A DNA stretch of 64,000 bases from Chlamydiota bacterium. GTDB lineage: Bacteria > Auribacterota > JACPWU01. Made by a program: the position numbers and the translations under genes. Location of the stretch: positions 77,325 through 141,324 of the forward strand of contig JACOUC010000035.1 in the NCBI GenBank assembly GCA_016178055.1. The letters are read 5' to 3'. Position 1 is the stretch's first letter; every line of letters begins with the position of its first letter. Positions 39,840 through 48,916 of the stretch are shown piece by piece. The notes beneath the pieces were generated by a model, which saw only the letters and a list, made by a program, of their open reading frames with translations, ran no database searches and was not told where the DNA came from.

Positions 39840-40746
39840 ATTGAACCGATCCTTCTACCTCATCATCAATCAATTTTGCCATTTGATTTAATTCTTCTTC
39901 CGTAATACTGTTTTCGTTTAGTAATTTTTTTCGGAAATTTTCAAGAGGACATTTCTTTTTCCAAATTTCAAATTCTTCAGGCGTTCGATAACCCAAGTCA
40001 TTGTCAAAATTTGGACCGCAATGCTCGCGCCAGCGGTAGGTCGTAAACTCAAGAAAAGAGGGGCCTTTGCCTTCACGTGCCTTCTGAATGGCTTTTTGGG
40101 CAAGCGTAAAAACCGCCACGACATCATTGCCATCCGCTTTATGGCTTTCAATGCCGTACCCGCACACCAGTTCAAAAACTTCACGATTTTCGGGCTGGCG
40201 AACTTCCAGAGGCGAATAGACAGAATATAAATTATTTTCACAAATAAAAATCACCGGCAGTTTTTTCAAAACAGCAAAATTAATACTCTCATGAAACACA
40301 CCTTCTTCAGTCGCCGCCTCTCCAAAGAAAACCGTGGTCACACGAGATTCTTTTTTCATTTGAGTCCCCAAGGCGGCTCCAACCCCAATAGGAATCGTAC
40401 TTCCCACAATGGGCGTAGACCCCAGAAAACCAACTGAAAGATCAATCAAATGCATGGACCCGCCCTTACCTTTTGAGCAGCCCGTCCCCTTTCCATAAAG
40501 CTCCGCCATCATTTTTCTAAGATCCCCACCCTTAGCTAAATAATGGCCGTGAGCACGATGACCGCTCATCGCATAATCTCCCTGGGTCAACGCCTGACAA
40601 ACACCGACAGCAACGGCTTCCTGACCAATACAAAGATGTATCGGACAACGCATTTCCTGTTCTGGATAAAGCTCCGCAATCTTTTCCTCGATTTTGCGAA
40701 TGCGGAGCATTTGGTAGTATAGTTTTTTTAGAATTTGGACTTCCAT
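39781..40746 (-). CDS. Pyruvate/2-oxoacid dehydrogenase E1 component, alpha subunit (ThDP-binding).
   Basis: IHLCIGQEAVAVGV and GKGGSMHL motifs. Confidence 0.85.
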   Translation of the reverse strand: MEVQILKKLYYQMLRIRKIEEKIAELYPEQEMRCPIHLCIGQEAVAVGVCQALTQGDYAMSGHRAHGHYLAKGGDLRKMMAELYGKGTGCSKGKGGSMHLIDLSVGFLGSTPIVGSTIPIGVGAALGTQMKKESRVTTVFFGEAATEEGVFHESINFAVLKKLPVIFICENNLYSVYSPLEVRQPENREVFELVCGYGIESHKADGNDVVAVFTLAQKAIQKAREGKGPSFLEFTTYRWREHCGPNFDNDLGYRTPEEFEIWKKKCPLENFRKKLLNENSITEEELNQMAKLIDDEVEGSVQFAKQSPFPEESALYENVYA

Positions 40747-40807
40747 AGGGTAATAAGAGTGAGTGGTTATTGGTGAGAGGTACTTTTACCACTCACCACT
40801 CTACCCC
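40747..40807 (-). promoter_or_regulatory. Conserved leader element immediately upstream of the E1-alpha start (copy b).
   Basis: GAGTGAGTGGTTA...ACCACTCACC inverted repeat plus a CCCCTCACC block, shared with 26113..26190. Confidence 0.4.
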
Positions 40808-41797
40808 TCACCTCAACTGCATTTTTTGCATGGTCTTAATATTGTAGTAGCGTGGGTCCGTCATAGAATCAGGAATTTTGTTTGCTTGAAATGCTTCAAC
40901 CAAATCTCTCACCGCATCCTCAATCGTATGCTTTGGAATAAATCCCAATTCTCTTTTAATTTTTTCTGAAGAAACATGGTAAGACCGATTGTCGTCCGTA
41001 GGTGTTGTCACCACCTTTACATCTTGGCCCACAATTTTCTTCACCATTTGAGCAATGTCCATCACCTTGCGGTTGTCATAACCTGCGTTAAAAATTTTTC
41101 CATCTATTTTTTCATCCGGCCATTCTAAAGACTTCACATAGAGGTCTGTCATGTCTTCAATATGAATATTAGGACGAAGTTGATCCCCTCCAAAAACCTT
41201 AATCACCCGATTCGTAAAGGCATGATTGGTTAAAATATTTACGGTTAAATCTAAACGTAAACGCGGAGAATAGCCACAAACCGTTGCGGGTCTTAAAATC
41301 AAGGTGACAAAATCTTTTGTTCTCTCTTTGAGCAAAACCTCTTCGCACAACGCCTTATATTTTGAATAATCCGTGAGGGGCATGAGAGGTAAATCCTCTG
41401 TTACATCTCCTTCTTTAATTCCATAAACGCTGGAAGAAGAAGCATAAACAAATCGCTTCACGCCACTTTCTTTAGCAATTTTGACAAGATGAACAAAGGC
41501 ATCATAATTGATGGATTTTCCTAAAGCGGGATCCAATTCAAAACTGGGGTCGTTGGAGATACAAGCCAAATGAATCAGGGCATCTGCGCCTGGCACTGTC
41601 TTCTTCAAAAGAGCCTGATCTCTGATATCTCCCTTGATGATTTCTAGATTAGAATGATTTTTGACAGAATCAAAAACATGATCTCCATAGATGAAAAGAT
41701 CAATCACTTTAACACGATACCCCCTGCCTAAAAGCTTAGGAACAAGAACCGACCCCACGTATCCGGCACCGCCTGTGATATAAACTGTTTGGATCAT
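40808..41797 (-). CDS. NAD-dependent epimerase/dehydratase (extended SDR).
   Basis: VYITGGAGYVGSVLV and a YxxxK region. Confidence 0.85.
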   Translation of the reverse strand: MIQTVYITGGAGYVGSVLVPKLLGRGYRVKVIDLFIYGDHVFDSVKNHSNLEIIKGDIRDQALLKKTVPGADALIHLACISNDPSFELDPALGKSINYDAFVHLVKIAKESGVKRFVYASSSSVYGIKEGDVTEDLPLMPLTDYSKYKALCEEVLLKERTKDFVTLILRPATVCGYSPRLRLDLTVNILTNHAFTNRVIKVFGGDQLRPNIHIEDMTDLYVKSLEWPDEKIDGKIFNAGYDNRKVMDIAQMVKKIVGQDVKVVTTPTDDNRSYHVSSEKIKRELGFIPKHTIEDAVRDLVEAFQANKIPDSMTDPRYYNIKTMQKMQLR

Positions 41798-41798
41798 A

Positions 41799-42179
41799 CT
41801 ATTTCACTAACGCGTGAGGAAAATTTGGACTTTCCGGGTTAACCACAAGCTTGCGATGAGCGGGGGATACGATTAAATCCATATCCTCCATGGGCACAGC
41901 TCCCAACAGAACTTCATCACCTATCACAAGGGCCCCAACAAAACAATTACGATTCTCAAATATTACCTCTACAGGTCCAACATACGAAACCAGATGCCGT
42001 TTTCCGTCAGCAGTCGTCACTTCCCTTTTGTTATTTTCCTCGAGCTTCAACTGCAACGCAACATGTTCCGGAATACAAAGCGTTAAGGCGCCTGTATCCA
42101 CCATGGCCTTTGTTAATACCACCTTTAACTTTGGCAACCGTGGATTTTTAAGTTGAATTTCTGCATGGATATAACCCAT
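41799..42179 (-). CDS. Retropepsin-like (clan AA) aspartic protease domain protein.
   Basis: VDTGALTL D-T-G-A catalytic motif in a 126-aa protein. Paralog of 48917..49279. Confidence 0.55.
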   Translation of the reverse strand: MGYIHAEIQLKNPRLPKLKVVLTKAMVDTGALTLCIPEHVALQLKLEENNKREVTTADGKRHLVSYVGPVEVIFENRNCFVGALVIGDEVLLGAVPMEDMDLIVSPAHRKLVVNPESPNFPHALVK

Positions 42180-42257
42180 AGTATCCCCTTCTCAGACAGA
42201 CCAATTCTACCATTTATCCAAAAAACTTCGAATCTTTTCGGATAAAAGAGATGAACG

Positions 42258-43841
42258 TTATTTCAAAAGGGTTTCCATACTTTTCAGGAGTCCAATCTTC
42301 GAAATGGCCAGCCCTGTCCCCATGACACCCACCTTTTCAGCCGCCGCAAGATTACCGAGCAGCAAGGAAAGATCGGTAGGAAGGCCTCCTCCAAAGCAGG
42401 CAGACGTAATCCCGAGCAACGTGTCTCCAGCCCCAATACGGTCCACCACTTTATTTGCAAAGGGTGGACAACTTAAGAAACCCTCTTCTTCCCGATAAGC
42501 CAAAGCCCCTTTCACACCTCTGGTCATGACAACGGTTTCACATCCCATCCGGCGATAAAGTTGTTCAACCAGAACTTTTTCATCCTTGGTTCGTGTTCTA
42601 TATTCATGACGCAATTCCCCCTCGTGAATACAAACATAATCTGCTCGGGGATATTTTGAAATGGTGTGATAACCAATGTTAGAAGCATTTACCTGAGTAT
42701 TAACAGCTAAAAATTTTTTCTCCTTCATTAAAAACTCTACAATCTTCTCTGAAATTAAGCCATGCCCATAGTCTGCCACAATGATAAGGTCATGATCTGG
42801 TAAATGCTGCTTCAATTTTGAGAGAAGAACATCTTCTTCATCACTTGTGATCAGTTCATCATTGATTTCATAAACTCCGAAAAGCTTAGACTTCGTATAA
42901 GCATCCACATAACGCGTTTTCACAAGAGTCGGGGAATTGGATTTTGTGATGCAATCTAGATGAACATTGGGTTTCAGATGATTTAAAACAAAATCGTTTC
43001 GATCTCGAGTATTGCCCTCATAACTCGCAATGGTGATTTTCTGGCAAAAATCTGACAGGTGATTCGCGATCGCTAACACGCCCCCTGCATAAGCCTCTGT
43101 TTGAAGTTTTTGCATGACCAGCATCGGTTCTTTTGCAGACTTCCCAATGGCATTACAAAAAACATATTCATCTATAATGGCTTCACCGATTAAAAGAACT
43201 CTAAGACTGGATAATTGGCTCAAATATTCTCTAATGGCCTGGGAAGAATATTTCCCTTTGATCCGATCGAGATACTCCATTTGCTCTCTCGTATAAAGGG
43301 GAAAATGCTGATTTAAAAGAGCTGACGAGCTAAACGTAACATCATTCGTATACCGAATTTCTCCATTCACAAAGCGTACCGACTCCTCTTCGAGGCCAAT
43401 CATCCCCGTCACATCCTTTTGATGATCGCGATAGTCAGGCCCCTTTACATAAATATGAGGCTTCAAACACCGAATCGTTTCCACTGCGGTAGGCCATTCG
43501 TTGATGGCCACGTGATCAACAACATCTAAACTGGCGATCATTTCTGCGCGATGGTCCTGCGTAAAAACCGGGCGCATCGGACCCCTATTCACAAATCGGT
43601 CAGGCGTTAACGTGACCACCAAAATATCTCCCATGGCCTTGGCCTCTTTAAAATATCGCAGATGTCCCACATGTAATAAATCAAAGACTCCATGGCAGTG
43701 AACGATTTTTTTATCTTGCAAACGAAGGGCTTCAAGCTCTTGCGCTAAAACATCAAGGGTTTTAATTTTTCCATCTTTCAGTTGTAACATAAACTTATCC
43801 ACGGAGATGATCTTGAATACAATCTGCAATTTTCGAAACAA
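42258..43841 (-). CDS. Bifunctional sugar nucleotidyltransferase / PfkB-family kinase (HldE/RfaE-like, but with domain order reversed).
   Basis: N-terminal cytidylyltransferase-like HxGH (CHGVFDLLHVGHLRYF) and C-terminal ribokinase-family DRIGAGDTLLG. Confidence 0.8.
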   Translation of the reverse strand: MFRKLQIVFKIISVDKFMLQLKDGKIKTLDVLAQELEALRLQDKKIVHCHGVFDLLHVGHLRYFKEAKAMGDILVVTLTPDRFVNRGPMRPVFTQDHRAEMIASLDVVDHVAINEWPTAVETIRCLKPHIYVKGPDYRDHQKDVTGMIGLEEESVRFVNGEIRYTNDVTFSSSALLNQHFPLYTREQMEYLDRIKGKYSSQAIREYLSQLSSLRVLLIGEAIIDEYVFCNAIGKSAKEPMLVMQKLQTEAYAGGVLAIANHLSDFCQKITIASYEGNTRDRNDFVLNHLKPNVHLDCITKSNSPTLVKTRYVDAYTKSKLFGVYEINDELITSDEEDVLLSKLKQHLPDHDLIIVADYGHGLISEKIVEFLMKEKKFLAVNTQVNASNIGYHTISKYPRADYVCIHEGELRHEYRTRTKDEKVLVEQLYRRMGCETVVMTRGVKGALAYREEEGFLSCPPFANKVVDRIGAGDTLLGITSACFGGGLPTDLSLLLGNLAAAEKVGVMGTGLAISKIGLLKSMETLLK

Positions 43842-44179
43842 TCTTCATGCATTGGATACAAACCCTCTCGTCTGGCTCGAAGTTTGGAAGGACACTGCTG
43901 AGAGGATATTTTGATGGAAGATAAATCGAAATCTAGTAAATCACATTCATCTTCGGAAACAACTATTTCTTTTCCTGCTTTTCTAAGCAACATTATTAAT
44001 TCATGTATGTTATGAGTCTTCTTTAAACCCATCGACAATTCTATACACAACGCCTTGAGATATTTTTCTGAAGATTGTTGTAAGTTTTGAAGACAGGGGT
44101 TGTAAAGATGGCTTTTAAGCAATATCTTTGCTGCCTCAAGATTCTCTTCAGCATATTTGGAGCCAATCATGAGTTTCAT
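43778..44179 (-). CDS. HEPN-domain protein (toxin-like partner of the upstream nucleotidyltransferase).
   Basis: 133-aa helical protein with a KKTHNIHEL R/K-x4-6-H-like motif, overlapping the MNT gene by 4 nt. Confidence 0.55.
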   Translation of the reverse strand: MKLMIGSKYAEENLEAAKILLKSHLYNPCLQNLQQSSEKYLKALCIELSMGLKKTHNIHELIMLLRKAGKEIVVSEDECDLLDFDLSSIKISSQQCPSKLRARREGLYPMHEDCFENCRLYSRSSPWISLCYN

Positions 44180-44481
44180 CGTTCATAGACAATCTCCCCC
44201 CTATTTATTTCCGATAAAAAGAAATCATTTTGTACATGGGGTCTTACCGGGATGATGTCTACAGCGATTTTAAGAAGCACAGGACGTATTTGCTTTCTAT
44301 ATTTTAAAGCTAGTTGTAGATATGATTTGTTGCTGCTTTGAAATATTGCTACATCCATGTCATGCGGATTTTCTGATTTTAAAAATGAACCAAATATAAC
44401 AATACGCTGAATCTCTTTGTCGGATGAAAGACAGGAAACAAGTTCTTTCGTCAATTCTTTTTTTAAAGGGGCCGTAAACAT
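44176..44481 (-). CDS. Minimal nucleotidyltransferase (MNT) domain protein.
   Basis: IVIFGSFLKSENPHDMDVAIF (GS...D.D). Confidence 0.7.
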   Translation of the reverse strand: MFTAPLKKELTKELVSCLSSDKEIQRIVIFGSFLKSENPHDMDVAIFQSSNKSYLQLALKYRKQIRPVLLKIAVDIIPVRPHVQNDFFLSEINRGEIVYER

Positions 44482-44543
44482 ATTTTTCTAATCCACGTTT
44501 GCCAAAAATTACTCCATTCTCCTAAAACAAACTTCCTAATCTG

Positions 44544-45580
44544 TTAACCCAGATGCTTAAACCAATCTTTCGTCGCAACTTCAATAGAATCTTTATCCCA
44601 GAGCGGGGCATCCCGCCACGCGTCAATGTGATCCAGCATGATGCGAACACCCTTTTGAAAGGAAACTTTGGGTTGCCAGTGTAAAATCCGCTTTATTTTA
44701 TTGATATCCGCAAAGGTACAATTGGGTTCTCCAGGTCGTTTGGGAATATGAATCACATCCCCGCCCAATAATTCTACCAACTCGTTCACACGATAAGTAT
44801 TCCCAGACCCCACATTAAAAATCTCGCCTGACACATTTGATTCGGCTGCCCGAAGAAGTGCATCCGCTACATCCGTGACAAAAGTAAAATCTCTGGTTTG
44901 ATTACCATCTCCCACAACGGTGAAGGGTTTCCCCGCTAATTTCTGGGCCAGAAAAACACCAAAAACCGCCCCATAAGTTCCTGTTGTCCTAGACCGAGGA
45001 CCATACACATTAAAAAATCGAAGAGAAACGGCAGGCATCTTGTAAGTCTTCTCCCAGTGAAGCACATATTGTTCACCCAAATATTTGGTTAAAGCATAAG
45101 GGTACATCGGTCGAATCGGCGCCGTTTCTGGCGTAGGATATTGATCGGGAATTCCATAACAAGAAGAAGAAGCTACGTAGATAAAGCGTTTGACACCTGA
45201 CAAGCGTGCTGCCTCTAAAACGGAGACTGTTCCATCGACATTTGATCGATGATATTTGAGAGGTTCTTGAATTGAAGGGACAATATCAGCCAAGGCAGCT
45301 AAATGAAAAACCCAGTCTATGTTTTGAAATAAAGGCCTTATGTCAATCACATTTTCGACACCCATTTTATAAATCTTTAGCCCGCATTTCTCATCAGATT
45401 TCGTCGCGAGAGCGCCGAGTCCGCTTTGGATGCGAGGAAGACGACCGAGGCCATGCGAGGCATACTTTACAGTATGTTGAGCGTGGCCGACCGAGTCTGA
45501 CGAAGCAGACGAGGCGGAAGCAGACGTTCGACCAGATGACTTCCGATAAAACCAGCTCCTCCTGTAACCAAGCAACGCAT
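44544..45580 (-). pseudogene. NAD-dependent epimerase/dehydratase gene disrupted by a truncated copy of the MITE-like element.
   Basis: ATG at 45580 gives MRCLVTGGAGFIGSHLVERLL, then runs into the element and hits TAA. The rest of the protein (KIYKMGVENVIDIRPLF...HLAA...YxxxK...) is in a different frame, and about 35 residues of the Rossmann region are replaced. Confidence 0.6.
45378..45520. mobile_element. Truncated second copy of the MITE-like element (left terminal inverted repeat present, right one absent).
   Basis: tagcccgcatttctcatcagatttcgtcgcgagagcgccgagtccgctttggatgcgaggaagacgaccgaggccatgcgaggcatacttt... is about 90% identical to 6680..6820. Confidence 0.55.
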
Positions 45581-45581
45581 C

Positions 45582-46940
45582 TTAATAAACTCCCTCAACA
45601 GCTGTTCTCTCACCGAGAAAATCTGTACTCCAAGCTAGACGAGGTCGAACAGTACCACACCATCTCCCATAATATTCTTTCCTCATTTCACCTGTATCGT
45701 GAACATTAAATGACAGAACATAATCTTGAAGAATTTGTGTATCCGAAATCCCTTTACCAATAATGGCCGCAATACTATAGAGTCCTTCATTTAAAAAATT
45801 ACCGGGTATGATACATACAGTCTGAAACAGACCCACCGGATAAGGTTGTCCGCTCCATGGGTCTTCGGTCAATGAAATGGATCTATGATTACTAGAAGAA
45901 AGAACGTAAGTTCCGACCGGATCTCGTAGCCAAATTGCTGCATACAATTTTGTTTGCGATTTCAAATTCCAATAGGTAATCTCAATTCGAATTTCCTTCG
46001 ATATATCTACATCTGCCGTAGGTCCTTCCACCCCATCCTGAAAAATTCGTACTGAATGAAGACGAACAAGGTCATTCCCGGGAGCATTCGCAACATCTGG
46101 CCAAACCATCTCTCCTCCTAAAGAGCGAGCCACGGCCAGATACTCCTGAACAACTTCAGCGGCAGATCCATTTTTAACCACTTCTCCTTCTTTTAAGAGA
46201 AGAGCTCTCGGGCACAAATTCATAATGCTCGGCATATTGTGAGATACAATCACAACCGTGCGCCCCTCTTTCGCAACATCCCCCATTTTTCCCAAACACT
46301 TCTTCTGAAATTCGGCGTCGCCAACAGCAAGAACCTCATCCACCAAAAGCACCTCAGGCTCCAGATGTGCCGCAACAGCAAACGCTAACCGCACATACAT
46401 TCCGCTTGAATAGCGTTTGACAGGCGTATCGATAAACTTCTCCACTTCAGCAAAAGCAACAATTTCATCAAATTTTCTTCGAATTTCGATTCGTTTCATC
46501 CCCATGATCGCGCCATTGAGAAAAATATTTTCTCGCCCCGTAAGCTCTGGATGGAAGCCCGTCCCCACTTCCAAGAGGCTTCGAACACGACCGTGAATTT
46601 CCGCCCTGCCCTCTGTGGGCTCTGTAATGCGGGAAAGAATTTTGAGGAGCGTACTTTTCCCGGCGCCATTGCGACCAATGACACCAACGACCTCGCCTTG
46701 CTTGATTTCAAAAGAGACATCTTTCAACGCCCAAATTTCATTATCGTTCAAAGGTTCAAAGGTTGAAGAGTTCAAAGATTTTCCAAAGTTCTGTAATCTT
46801 CTGATCTTCGAGTTGGCGAAACGAAAAGGGGCTGTAGCAAGCTGCGTTAAACGATCGCGAAAACTATAGTAACACTCCCGCTCCCCAATTTTGTAGAGCT
46901 TCCCTACATTTTCAACCCGAATGGCGATGTTGTCAGACAT
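45582..46940 (-). CDS. wzt: O-antigen/polysaccharide ABC exporter ATP-binding protein (Wzt-like, with a C-terminal glycan-binding extension).
   Basis: Walker A GRNGAGKST, signature SGM, Walker B LLVDEVLAVGD, and a ~200-aa C-terminal beta-rich domain. Confidence 0.85.
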   Translation of the reverse strand: MSDNIAIRVENVGKLYKIGERECYYSFRDRLTQLATAPFRFANSKIRRLQNFGKSLNSSTFEPLNDNEIWALKDVSFEIKQGEVVGVIGRNGAGKSTLLKILSRITEPTEGRAEIHGRVRSLLEVGTGFHPELTGRENIFLNGAIMGMKRIEIRRKFDEIVAFAEVEKFIDTPVKRYSSGMYVRLAFAVAAHLEPEVLLVDEVLAVGDAEFQKKCLGKMGDVAKEGRTVVIVSHNMPSIMNLCPRALLLKEGEVVKNGSAAEVVQEYLAVARSLGGEMVWPDVANAPGNDLVRLHSVRIFQDGVEGPTADVDISKEIRIEITYWNLKSQTKLYAAIWLRDPVGTYVLSSSNHRSISLTEDPWSGQPYPVGLFQTVCIIPGNFLNEGLYSIAAIIGKGISDTQILQDYVLSFNVHDTGEMRKEYYGRWCGTVRPRLAWSTDFLGERTAVEGVY

Positions 46941-46970
46941 AAGTTATTGTTAAAAGTCTAGGAATACTTT

Positions 46971-47171
46971 TCACTTCGAAACTAACTCTCGAATCGTTTT
47001 AGCCTTGATTCTGCCCAATCTGGGTATTTGCATTAACTCTTCCTCTGTTGTAAGAGCAATGTCATATTTCTTCGTCAGAATATCCCCTATGCCAGCATCG
47101 TTCTCTCGAAAATCCATTCTGATATTCAACGGCAAATACCCCATGAGAGTATGAATTCTTATCGTATTCAT
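46971..47171 (-). CDS. Small helix-hairpin-helix-like protein (hypothetical).
   Basis: ELMQIPRLGRIKAKTIRE HhH-like motif. Overlaps another small ORF (47062..47340), so the boundaries are uncertain. Confidence 0.3.
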   Translation of the reverse strand: MNTIRIHTLMGYLPLNIRMDFRENDAGIGDILTKKYDIALTTEEELMQIPRLGRIKAKTIRELVSK

Positions 47172-47299
47172 TTGTTAATTGTGCTTGCTCTAGCCACATA
47201 TCCCAATAGGCAAAGAGCTCTTCCTCCGATAAATTGCGCAAATCAAGATCTTCTTCACTTAAGAATTCGTCTTTTATTTTTTCCATCATCAAATCCTCC

Positions 47300-48082
47300 T
47301 CAAACTGAAAACGGCAGCACCCCAGATGCCCGAGTTGCAATTAGATGATGCGCTTCAAGAAGAGGATATCCTCGCACCTCTTTCTCCACTTGAATCCACA
47401 TCTTTGACCATTCCTCAGCCGCTTTCATGTAGGCCTCTAGTCGCGCTTCATTTGCATGAATAAGATGTCGTTTCTCCTCATCAAGTGCTTGTTCAAGAGC
47501 TAACCTGCCTTGCGAAATTTTACCCAGGAGAGGGCGTTCGATTACAAGCTCTAACAAAATTTCAGGATGTTTTGCTGCAAGCATCATAATATCTCTTGCA
47601 CTCCTTGAGTAAAGCATTTGATCCTTTGCACTGGAGAGCATCCGAGCCAGTTCCCCAATCACAGCATAATCCTTCTCCCGATTCGTCTCTTTTATTTCTA
47701 TCAAGGTCTTAATATCCACAAAAGGAATATCCTTTCCTTCTTGTTCTACCCATAGTCTATCCAAAGCAACTTGGGGTATTCTCGGGGGACGCGTAACAAA
47801 ATCCGTCCTTACTCGTAAATTGTTATAGCCAAATTCCAGATGAGAACTCCAACCACCCGATAGCCATCGAACATCCAAGGGTGCTCCAAATCGGTATTGT
47901 GCCCCATACTGGGACAAAACTTGCAAAACATGCCCCAGGGTCTCAAGTTCTTCTTTGAGTATCCAATCACCATCCTTACTCATCACAGCAAGATGGTGTA
48001 ACACGACGGCCTGACCCGAGGAAAGAACTGCCCGCAGTTTTCCTTCATTAAATCGTTCCGTCAATTCAACATAGATATTCAT
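47300..48082 (-). CDS. Nucleotidyltransferase-like hypothetical protein (paralog B, probably a degenerate active site).
   Basis: LSSGQAVVLHHLAVMSKDGDWIL and IPFVDIKTLIEIKETNREKDYAV align with 35808..36620. Confidence 0.5.
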   Translation of the reverse strand: MNIYVELTERFNEGKLRAVLSSGQAVVLHHLAVMSKDGDWILKEELETLGHVLQVLSQYGAQYRFGAPLDVRWLSGGWSSHLEFGYNNLRVRTDFVTRPPRIPQVALDRLWVEQEGKDIPFVDIKTLIEIKETNREKDYAVIGELARMLSSAKDQMLYSRSARDIMMLAAKHPEILLELVIERPLLGKISQGRLALEQALDEEKRHLIHANEARLEAYMKAAEEWSKMWIQVEKEVRGYPLLEAHHLIATRASGVLPFSV

Positions 48083-48110
48083 TTACACCCCATCCACAAA
48101 AAATCGGTCC
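48083..48110. repeat. Degenerate copy 4 of the wzm 3'-end motif (TTACACCCCATCCACAAAAAATCGGTCC).
   Basis: Aligns with 50005..50036. Confidence 0.5.
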
Positions 48111-48116
48111 ATCTTT

Positions 48117-48539
48117 TCAAACTTCCAAGAACACCGTCTTAATCCCCAATGCATTTGCGGATTTTGAAAAGGCCCGGTCTGCGGTCAAGGGGGTTAAATC
48201 TTCTGACACGGCAACGGCCAAATGCAGCGCATCGAAACTTCTCAGAGGCGTGCTAAACTCTCCAAGCCAATCCCTGGCCAGCCGATAATGGTGAGTCTCA
48301 ATGGCAACCTTCAAATAAAAACTTCCCTCAGCATGAGAAAGATATCTTGCAAGAACTCGCCTGCCATCTGTGGACTGCATTTGTCCTTCACGAATCTTTC
48401 TGGACACCGCTGAAAATAATTCTACCTCCGTCAAAGGGCTGATGACAGATTGTCCCCTCATGAGATAATGTTCCACTTTATCGCTCAAAGCTTCAGGGCA
48501 ATAGTAGGCGACCAAAACGCTCGTATCGATATAAAACAT
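48117..48539 (-). CDS. vapC: PIN-domain ribonuclease toxin (VapC-like).
   Basis: MFYIDTSVLVAY and the DALHLAVA acidic residues. Confidence 0.8.
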   Translation of the reverse strand: MFYIDTSVLVAYYCPEALSDKVEHYLMRGQSVISPLTEVELFSAVSRKIREGQMQSTDGRRVLARYLSHAEGSFYLKVAIETHHYRLARDWLGEFSTPLRSFDALHLAVAVSEDLTPLTADRAFSKSANALGIKTVFLEV

Positions 48540-48790
48540 TAACAGCGTTCCTCACCTCTGGCTCGAATCACAAGAGAACTTAAGGATTCACCCTTCATGC
48601 GAATCGTCGAGCGAAACGCCTTTAGACTTGGCAGATGCCGAACTCCTCTTTGAGGAGGAATGAGACGAGCCACCTCCTTACCATGACGAAGAATACTCAC
48701 CTCATCCCCTTCCTGAACCCGGTTTAGCAAGGAAGCAAACTGATTCCTCGCCTCTTTAACATTGATATTCACGATTGTCCTCCTCTCCAA
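48539..48790 (-). CDS. Type II antitoxin (Phd/YefM- or VapB-like).
   Basis: 83-aa protein with a 1-nt overlap to the PIN gene. N-terminal KEARNQFASLL...ARLIP. Confidence 0.65.
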   Translation of the reverse strand: MERRTIVNINVKEARNQFASLLNRVQEGDEVSILRHGKEVARLIPPQRGVRHLPSLKAFRSTIRMKGESLSSLVIRARGEERC

Positions 48791-48854
48791 CTATGTACAC
48801 AATAAGAGTACACTATTCTGAAGAGGATGTAAAGCAAATTAAACCCATGTTCTC

Positions 48855-48886
48855 TTACACTACATCCGCAAAAAAACGCTCCGTTC
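48855..48886. repeat. Copy 3 of the wzm 3'-end motif (TTACACTACATCCGCAAAAAAACGCTCCGTTCC).
   Basis: Aligns with 50005..50036. Confidence 0.55.
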
Positions 48887-48916
48887 CTTTCTGATATTCA
48901 AAATGTGGTACCTCCC

